A stretch of 64,000 bases of DNA from Bacteroidales bacterium (GTDB lineage: Bacteria > Bacteroidota > Bacteroidia > Bacteroidales > VadinHA17): the NCBI GenBank assembly GCA_036743455.1, contig DAINPM010000002.1:7349-71348 (forward strand), read 5' to 3'. Each line of letters starts with the position of its first letter. Position 1 is the first letter of the stretch. Of the stretch, positions 57,606 to 64,000 are shown piece after piece. Made by a program: the position numbers and the translations under genes. The notes under the pieces are model-generated. The model did not search any database, had not been told where the DNA came from, and was given only the letters and a program-made list of their open reading frames with translations.

Positions 57606-58850
57606 ATGAATTTACCCTGGTTCTTAGCACAACGGCTTATCAAAGGAAGAAAAGAAGGTACTTCTTTCTCGCAACCTATAAACGTGATAGCTATTATCGG
57701 CATCTCTCTCGGACTTGCTGTGATGATTCTGGCTGTAGCAATTCTTACAGGTTTTAAAAAAGAGATACGGGAAAAAGTGGTCGGTTTCGGATCCAATATT
57801 CAGATAGTTAATTTTGATTCAAATATTTCATTTGAAACCGTACCGATACATGAGGGGCAGGAATTTATCCCAAAAATCAAAAACCTTACCGGAGTAAAAC
57901 ATGTCCAGGTTTTCGCAACCAAGGCAGGGATAATAAAGACAGATGAAGATATTCAGGGTGTCGTTCTGAAAGGTGTCGGAAGCGATTTTGACTGGAAATA
58001 TTTCAGCAGCAATCTTGTTGATGGTGAAATATTTACGGTATCGGATACTGTCCGCTCCGATCAGGTAATAATCTCCCGGCAGATATCGGATATGCTGTTA
58101 TTACGTACAGGAGACTCTTTCGCAATGCATTTCATTCAGGATCCTCCGCGCATGAGGAAATTCACAGTAAGCGGCATATACGAAACAAGTCTTGAAGAAT
58201 TTGACAAGATGTATGTTTTTTGCGACATCCATCATATTAAACGGCTTAATGGATGGGATGATGACCAGATAAGTGGTTTTGAAATATATATAGAAAACTT
58301 TGACGAACTTGAAGAGATGACTGCTGCTGTAAGAGATGCAATTGGCTACCGTATACTACCAGATGAAGACAGGTTCAAGGTTACCAATATAAGGGAAAAA
58401 TATCCTCAGATCTTTGATTGGCTGGGCTTTCAGGACCTCAATGTGATAATAATAATAACTCTGATGCTTATTGTAGCCGGATTTAATATGATTTCAGGCC
58501 TGCTCATTCTTATACTGGAAAAAACAAATATGATAGGAATTCTAAAAGCCATCGGATCAGATGATACAACAATCCGGAGAGTATTTATCTATCAGGCTGC
58601 CTATCTTATTGGCAAAGGACTAATATGGGGTAACCTCATCGGGATAGGCCTTGCTCTGCTTCAGCTCAAAACAGGGCTTGTGAGCCTTGATCCTTCATCA
58701 TATTATATTAAAACAGTTCCTGTAAACCTTGAATTATTTCATATAATATTGTTAAATGCAGGTTCAATGACCGCGATAATCATCATGCTGCTTGTTCCCT
58801 CCAAACTCATCAGCAGGATAAGTCCTGTAAAGGCAATAAAATATGACTGA
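57606..58850 (+). CDS. Lipoprotein-releasing system permease, LolC/LolE-like (FtsX family).
   Basis: The N-terminus LAQRLIKGRK...VIAIIGISLGLAVMILAVAILTGF is followed by a periplasmic domain and a C-terminal FtsX bundle with EKTNMIGILKAIG. The protein is 414 aa. Confidence 0.75.
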   Translation: MNLPWFLAQRLIKGRKEGTSFSQPINVIAIIGISLGLAVMILAVAILTGFKKEIREKVVGFGSNIQIVNFDSNISFETVPIHEGQEFIPKIKNLTGVKHVQVFATKAGIIKTDEDIQGVVLKGVGSDFDWKYFSSNLVDGEIFTVSDTVRSDQVIISRQISDMLLLRTGDSFAMHFIQDPPRMRKFTVSGIYETSLEEFDKMYVFCDIHHIKRLNGWDDDQISGFEIYIENFDELEEMTAAVRDAIGYRILPDEDRFKVTNIREKYPQIFDWLGFQDLNVIIIITLMLIVAGFNMISGLLILILEKTNMIGILKAIGSDDTTIRRVFIYQAAYLIGKGLIWGNLIGIGLALLQLKTGLVSLDPSSYYIKTVPVNLELFHIILLNAGSMTAIIIMLLVPSKLISRISPVKAIKYD

Positions 58851-58860
58851 CAAGTAAGGA

Positions 58861-60363
58861 TTAATCTATAAATACCAACGAATCAATACTTACATAAGCT
58901 CTCCGGGAATTCCAGGTAAGGTTTAACTTCGGCTCTTCAGGGATAATGTTCTTATAATGCTCATATCTTTCCAGGACCTCACTCACATAATTCACTGTTT
59001 CCTTACCTTTAAAATAGCCACTTCTCACAACAGGATCTTTATAATACTGTGGTTCCGCTTTTTTCTGTATCCATACTTCCACGCTTCCATTCCATTTCTG
59101 CGGATCCATCCCGTTCTTCCCAGCCAGTCTTATGGCATCGAGAACATGTCCCTGTCCGGCATTATAAGAAGCAAGGATAAACTTAATTCTTTCGTTTTCA
59201 TCTGTCACTTTCGATTCATAAAGAGACTGCAGCCAGCGTATATATGATATTCCTGCCTTCACATTATTTTCAGTGGATGATGTTATATCAATGCCAAAAC
59301 GTTTTCCCGTTCCCGGCATTACCTGCATAAGACCATAGGCTCCGGCACGTGATTCAACTCCGGGATTAAAACGCGACTCCTGATATATCAGTGAGGCCAG
59401 TAAACGCCAGTCCCATCCTATCTCAGCACTGGCAGATTTTATCAATTCATCATATTTTGATATCCTTCCTGTCATGAAGGTATAATAATCACTTTTTACA
59501 ATAATCCTTGACCGGGAATTTTTAAAATATTTGGCATACAGAAATGCATATGACTTGCTGCTACGATAGCCGTTAACCCATCTGTTAAACTCTTCAAGAA
59601 TGCGGTCTGAACCCTCTTTTCTGACACCCCATACAACATAGCGGGGAAAACTGACAGGAGTATTGATATCTATTCCATTGTAAAAGGTTGAATTTACATG
59701 AGCAACGTTTTCATTACTTACAGTGTATTCTATTATACCATCTGCCACATTCCTGATAAGCTCCTCTGAATCGTACGGAACCTCAATTATACTGACAGAA
59801 TCCCCTATCTCCCGGGCAAGTGACCGCATACGATCTGCATGAGAAGAGTATTCCTGAACATATACGGTTTTCCCGGCCAGATCAAGCTGATTCCTTATCA
59901 GGTGTCTGTCAAGAGCTTCTGCTGTCATGGACCGCCAGTTGTCAGGTTTACGCTGAACTAACATCTGTCGTGTCTCATAAATAGGTTCGGTGAACTGAAT
60001 GGCTTCTCCGGCAGAAGAATTGACTGTAAACCCCAGAGCCAACAGATCTGCCTTTCCTGAATTCAATAACTGAACAGCTTTCTCAGGATTATTTTCCCTG
60101 ATAATTTCCAGGTCCACTCCTATGTGTTCTGTGAACTGCTTAAGCATCTCATAATGAAAACCCATAGGTTCCCCTTTATATACAAAATAATTCGTGGAAT
60201 TAAAATCTGACACTGCAATAAGTCTGCCCCTTTTTACAATGGAGTCAAGATCAATTGATATAGTTAAATTATTTTTGGGGATTACAGGGATTTCAGTCTT
60301 CTCAGTACACGAAAACAATACTGATAACAGTATAAAAAATAAAATAATATGCCTCTTCACCAA
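58861..60363 (-). CDS. Lipoprotein fusing a solute-binding (SBP family 3) domain to a soluble lytic transglycosylase domain (MltF-like).
   Basis: It has the lipobox LLSVLFSC and an SBP-like N-terminal half. The SLT motifs IYQESRFNP, GAYGLMQVMPGT and AYNAG are present. Confidence 0.8.
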   Translation of the reverse strand: MVKRHIILFFILLSVLFSCTEKTEIPVIPKNNLTISIDLDSIVKRGRLIAVSDFNSTNYFVYKGEPMGFHYEMLKQFTEHIGVDLEIIRENNPEKAVQLLNSGKADLLALGFTVNSSAGEAIQFTEPIYETRQMLVQRKPDNWRSMTAEALDRHLIRNQLDLAGKTVYVQEYSSHADRMRSLAREIGDSVSIIEVPYDSEELIRNVADGIIEYTVSNENVAHVNSTFYNGIDINTPVSFPRYVVWGVRKEGSDRILEEFNRWVNGYRSSKSYAFLYAKYFKNSRSRIIVKSDYYTFMTGRISKYDELIKSASAEIGWDWRLLASLIYQESRFNPGVESRAGAYGLMQVMPGTGKRFGIDITSSTENNVKAGISYIRWLQSLYESKVTDENERIKFILASYNAGQGHVLDAIRLAGKNGMDPQKWNGSVEVWIQKKAEPQYYKDPVVRSGYFKGKETVNYVSEVLERYEHYKNIIPEEPKLNLTWNSRRAYVSIDSLVFID

Positions 60364-60422
60364 ATCTCATCATATTAGTTAAAAATCGCCTTCAAAAAAG
60401 AGGTGCAAAGATAATTATTTTT

Positions 60423-62342
60423 TTAATTATAAAAAGTCCAGGCTAATCCATATCTTATCATTCTGATATTCATTGGATATGAAGGAGTCATAAAATAATC
60501 ATAACCCATGTATCCCGAATTAAGATGATCAACCATTACAAATATCCTGGTCCGTTTAAGTTTTACATTTAGAAAAACATTGATGAAAGGATAATTGCCT
60601 GCCTCAACCTCATCCTGTCTGAAAAACTTCCCTGTAGATGGCATATAGGAATAGGGATGATATAAGGTATGGTAGAGAACTTCTACTCCCAACTGTGTGT
60701 CAAGTCTGCCGTTTGTCTTTTTAAACCTGAGTATATGTTCAAAGAAAAATGATGAACGGGTGGAAAATAAAGGGAGATCAAGTATTGCAGAATTACTGCT
60801 CTTTTGAAGAAGTATATCGGAATTAATATGGAATTTCCATGCTTTTATCTCTTTCTGAATATTCAGGGATGCAACAGATAAACCTCCCTGATGTTGAGAA
60901 GGAAGGGCAAGATTGTTGAAATCGGTATAATTATCAATTATGGCATAATTGAATTCCATCTTGGTTTTTTTCTCAGGATATGACAAGGCTGTGCCTACAT
61001 TGATCCGGAATTCTTTTTTCATGCTGTTATTCCATTCAATGTTATTACTTCCCCATCTTTCATACCAGAATGATGGCTGCATATTAACGATACCCCCTGT
61101 TATGTCCCATTTCAAATCGCCCTTGTCAAACTGAAAAACTTTGGTAATTTCTCCGTTAAGATTAAAATCTCCTGCCCTGTAGCCTGTAATAAAAAATTCT
61201 CCATAGGCTATCCACCTGAACTTATCTCCTATATTGTTGAACAACTTACCGGTAAGCACATTATTATGCTTCTTCCATGAAGCTGTATCAGAATTGGTTG
61301 TGTCATGTGTGGGAATAATCTGACTATACCTTAAGAGCTCATTGCGTAATCCTGCTCCCCCTCCCAACCTGAATTTACGGGATTCATCAGTAGTAAAATC
61401 AAAACGGATAGTGTTTTTAAGGTTTCGAAAATAAAGAGAGTCACAGGTAAAGGAATCACTGATAAATGCAGTATCGTAAAACCCCGATCGCGGGGCATTA
61501 TCAAAATACCTTCTGTTGTTGTTCTCCCAGACGAAGATATGTGACAGAGTGCCGCTGAGGCCTGATAGTCCTGATTTTCTGCTCTTCGAAGTGTCTTGTT
61601 CCTGAGCCTGGCCTCCTATTTTGTACCTTTGAACAAGTAAAATATTTCTGTTTTTGAGAATACTCTTTGATAAATTGAGGGCTCCCATATTGACAGGAAC
61701 TTCACGGGTTTCATATATTTCAAGATCTTCCTTATCAATTATTCCCCCGTTTTCGTAAGATGTTAAATTATTTACACCTGTAGAAAAATAAGCCTTGTAT
61801 TTCTGTGCTGTATATGATCCGAAAAAAGTAAAAGCCTTATCGTCAGCTTTCTGGTAATTATACTGTCCCAAATTATATATAACATCAAAAATAAGTCCGA
61901 AATTCAGAAAGCGGTTCACGTTCTGGGAATGACGCACCCTGAATGTTTGTTCTGATGTCTCCCTGGGAGCTCCGTATGTCCAAACCATTTCTGAAAACGG
62001 AACCTGGGTATTCATAAAAACAGCATTATCGGGATGGTACATAAAAGGGTAAAGGAATGAATAAAGGAACTTATCCGGATCCCTAATCCTGTCAAAAAAG
62101 TTTATCTGATAAAAAGGCAGACCATAACTTCCCAGTGTTGCATTCATATTTGAATACCTGTCAGCTAACCTGTATTGATGAAATAAAGAGAATACTGTAT
62201 CAAAAGGAATTATTTGTTCTTCAGTGAAATCACGCGACAAATTCCATTGTTTAATAATTCTGGAATCAGAAGTTTTTTCATCCTGAGCTGATAATCCCCG
62301 GAATATAAACAGGATAATTAATATCAACAAACATCTTCTCAT
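60423..62342 (-). CDS. Outer-membrane beta-barrel protein (putative-porin-like).
   Basis: It has the signal peptide LLILIILFIFRGLSAQ and an alternating aromatic/polar strand pattern throughout its 639 aa. The family assignment is tentative. Confidence 0.45.
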   Translation of the reverse strand: MRRCLLILIILFIFRGLSAQDEKTSDSRIIKQWNLSRDFTEEQIIPFDTVFSLFHQYRLADRYSNMNATLGSYGLPFYQINFFDRIRDPDKFLYSFLYPFMYHPDNAVFMNTQVPFSEMVWTYGAPRETSEQTFRVRHSQNVNRFLNFGLIFDVIYNLGQYNYQKADDKAFTFFGSYTAQKYKAYFSTGVNNLTSYENGGIIDKEDLEIYETREVPVNMGALNLSKSILKNRNILLVQRYKIGGQAQEQDTSKSRKSGLSGLSGTLSHIFVWENNNRRYFDNAPRSGFYDTAFISDSFTCDSLYFRNLKNTIRFDFTTDESRKFRLGGGAGLRNELLRYSQIIPTHDTTNSDTASWKKHNNVLTGKLFNNIGDKFRWIAYGEFFITGYRAGDFNLNGEITKVFQFDKGDLKWDITGGIVNMQPSFWYERWGSNNIEWNNSMKKEFRINVGTALSYPEKKTKMEFNYAIIDNYTDFNNLALPSQHQGGLSVASLNIQKEIKAWKFHINSDILLQKSSNSAILDLPLFSTRSSFFFEHILRFKKTNGRLDTQLGVEVLYHTLYHPYSYMPSTGKFFRQDEVEAGNYPFINVFLNVKLKRTRIFVMVDHLNSGYMGYDYFMTPSYPMNIRMIRYGLAWTFYN

Positions 62343-62459
62343 CAGCGCAAATATAGGAAATAATGGGAAGAGTGATTCTCTTTGCAGGCTGCAGGTGCAG
62401 GGAGTTATTACAGAGCAGTTTCAGAGACAGGTACTGAGCAAAACCAGTCTCTCGTCTGC

Positions 62460-63944
62460 TCAGTCCACGTTATCATTAAGATAGGCATTGTTTTCTCTCA
62501 GTACCGGACCGTCATCATCGTCAGAGGTGAGAGTAAAACGGGATAATTTACTTTCAGATGTTTTCTCCGGTTGACCAAGTGACATATTCCGTCTTATATA
62601 GGCTGGCACATCCTCGAAAGAATCAATGTTTTCCTTGATTGTTTTATTGGAGAGCCCTTCTTTTTTCAGTATATTCTGCATGTGTTTAACCTTTTTTAAT
62701 GTAGCCTGAGGTTTTTCCTGCCCGTTATTGTCGTCATCCTCCTCTTCTCTCCTAATCTTCACTCTCTGGTCTTCATTATACAGGTTAAAATCTATAACAC
62801 CCTGATATTCTTCTTCATAATCGGTAACTATCGATTTATGGCCTTTTTTATGCACTGTAAAACATTCGTTTTTCTTATCTCTGACCAATGCTTCGGGAAC
62901 AGCATTTCCCTCCTGAAGCAGTTCAACCCTTGAGGATTTTTTCGGACGGTAAGGCTGAAAGATGGAATTAGCTTCGAAGCCTGTTGCAATAACAATCACA
63001 TTTATATTTTCGCCCAGTGATTCATCCTGTGAGAGACCCCTTATTATCAGGGCATCGTCGGAAGCAGCGTCATAAACATAGTCTGTTATTTCACCCAGTT
63101 CATCCATTGTCAGTTCATGTTCACCTTTCCCTGAAGAGATATTTATAAGGATACTTTTAGCTCCGGTGATGTCATTTGAGTTAAGAAGAGGAGAAGCCAG
63201 CGCATTTTCTATTGCATTGACAGCTCTGTTTTCTCCTTTGGCCATCCCCATTCCCAGGAGGGCCACACCAGAATCTTTCATCACTGTTTCCACATCAGCA
63301 AAATCAACATTGATATATCCTGTCACTGTGATAATTTCGGCAATACCTTTCACTGCAGTAGTGAGTATATCATCAGCTTTTGAGAAAGCAGTTGAAACAC
63401 CCTGGTTACCATAGATTTCCCTTAGTTTTTCGTTGTTTATCACAAGGAGGGAATCAACATTGTCTTTTAGTTCTGATATCCCGTCGATAGCATATCGTAT
63501 CCGCATTTTACCTTCCGACTTAAAAGGGATAGTAACTACTGCAATAGTGAGAAGACCTGCCTCTTTACAGGCTTTCGCAATAACAGGGATAGCACCTGTC
63601 CCTGTTCCTCCCCCCATTCCTGTTGTTATGAAAACCATTCTGGTATTTCCTGCCAGGGCTTCCATTACTGAATCCAGATTCTCCATAGCAGCCTTCATTC
63701 CCTTTTCCGGCTGGCTGCCTGCACCCATACCCTCAGTAAGCGACTCTCCGATCTGAACCTTGATAGGAACAGGACTCTTGGCCAGGGATTGATGGTCGGT
63801 ATTACAGACAATGAAGTTCACATCAGTAATACCTTTCTCAAACATGTGATTGACGGCATTGGTGCCTCCGCCTCCTATCCCGAGGACTTTTATTATTGAT
63901 GACCTTTCTACAGGCAGATCAAAGTTCATTATATCGTCAGGCAT
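62460..63944 (-). CDS. ftsZ: Cell division protein FtsZ with a long linker and a tail after the conserved C-terminal peptide.
   Basis: Blocks seen are IKVLGIGGGGTNAVNHM, the tubulin signature GGGTGTG, NVDFADV and a DVPAYIRR CTC-like peptide. The protein is 494 aa. Confidence 0.97.
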   Translation of the reverse strand: MPDDIMNFDLPVERSSIIKVLGIGGGGTNAVNHMFEKGITDVNFIVCNTDHQSLAKSPVPIKVQIGESLTEGMGAGSQPEKGMKAAMENLDSVMEALAGNTRMVFITTGMGGGTGTGAIPVIAKACKEAGLLTIAVVTIPFKSEGKMRIRYAIDGISELKDNVDSLLVINNEKLREIYGNQGVSTAFSKADDILTTAVKGIAEIITVTGYINVDFADVETVMKDSGVALLGMGMAKGENRAVNAIENALASPLLNSNDITGAKSILINISSGKGEHELTMDELGEITDYVYDAASDDALIIRGLSQDESLGENINVIVIATGFEANSIFQPYRPKKSSRVELLQEGNAVPEALVRDKKNECFTVHKKGHKSIVTDYEEEYQGVIDFNLYNEDQRVKIRREEEDDDNNGQEKPQATLKKVKHMQNILKKEGLSNKTIKENIDSFEDVPAYIRRNMSLGQPEKTSESKLSRFTLTSDDDDGPVLRENNAYLNDNVD

Positions 63945-64000
63945 TGTATTAAATTTTTTGTTATCACATTATTAATAAAAACAGTAAAAAAACCATATCT

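Noticed and set aside
62422-62463. Two alternative hairpins (ctgagca/tgctcag and agagac/gtctct) that overlap the ftsZ stop codon.
   Set aside because: No U-tract follows on the minus strand and the loops are long (16-18 nt), so I do not call a terminator or a structured RNA.
1-64000. I searched for CRISPR arrays, tRNA/rRNA genes, transposases, integrases, phage genes and toxin-antitoxin or defence-system hallmarks.
   Set aside because: I saw no regularly spaced direct repeats, no cloverleaf-like intergenic sequences (all intergenic gaps are under 370 nt and AT-rich), and no ORF with recombinase, nuclease or defence-like motifs. The window looks like core chromosome, not a mobile or defence island.

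Overview
This is an AT-rich chromosomal segment that looks like Bacteroidota. The evidence is a PorP/SprF gene next to a T9SS type-B C-terminal-domain cargo gene, a fused SecDF, TAnnTTTG-type -7 boxes, A-rich leaders without Shine-Dalgarno sequences, and many lipobox or signal-peptide proteins. I found about 42 intact protein-coding genes. I recognised no rRNA, tRNA, CRISPR array, transposase, integrase or prophage gene. Most of the window is housekeeping: mutS, glgA, secDF, tatA, glmM, era, der, rlmH, nadC, valS, ftsZ, an aminotransferase, NamZ-like, MltF-like and Lol components. Four blocks deserve attention. (1) 1348-5583 is a tight three-gene operon encoding an opine-dehydrogenase-like protein, a B12-type Rossmann domain fused to a putative barrel (CxHxxG where DxHxxG is canonical), and an asparagine-synthetase-like ligase with Ala in place of the Cys nucleophile; I cannot place it in a known pathway. 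(2) 9730-18740 is a trehalose/glycogen island with an archaeal-type TreT translationally overlapped by an unknown ORF, GlgA, a GH65 phosphorylase and a fused beta-PGM/trehalose-phosphatase. (3) 34128-48834 is a co-directional string: a giant multi-pass histidine kinase, a 1413-aa T9SS cargo with a polyglycine-run domain and six Cys-anchored repeats, PorP/SprF, a PD40+PKD protein, an unknown secreted protein and a propeller-sensor PP2C phosphatase. (4) There are two odd protein tails: seven 11-residue repeats on TatA and a Met/Gly/Pro-rich tail on an efflux adaptor. All family calls come from motif recognition by eye, with no database search, so the novelty claims are hypotheses.
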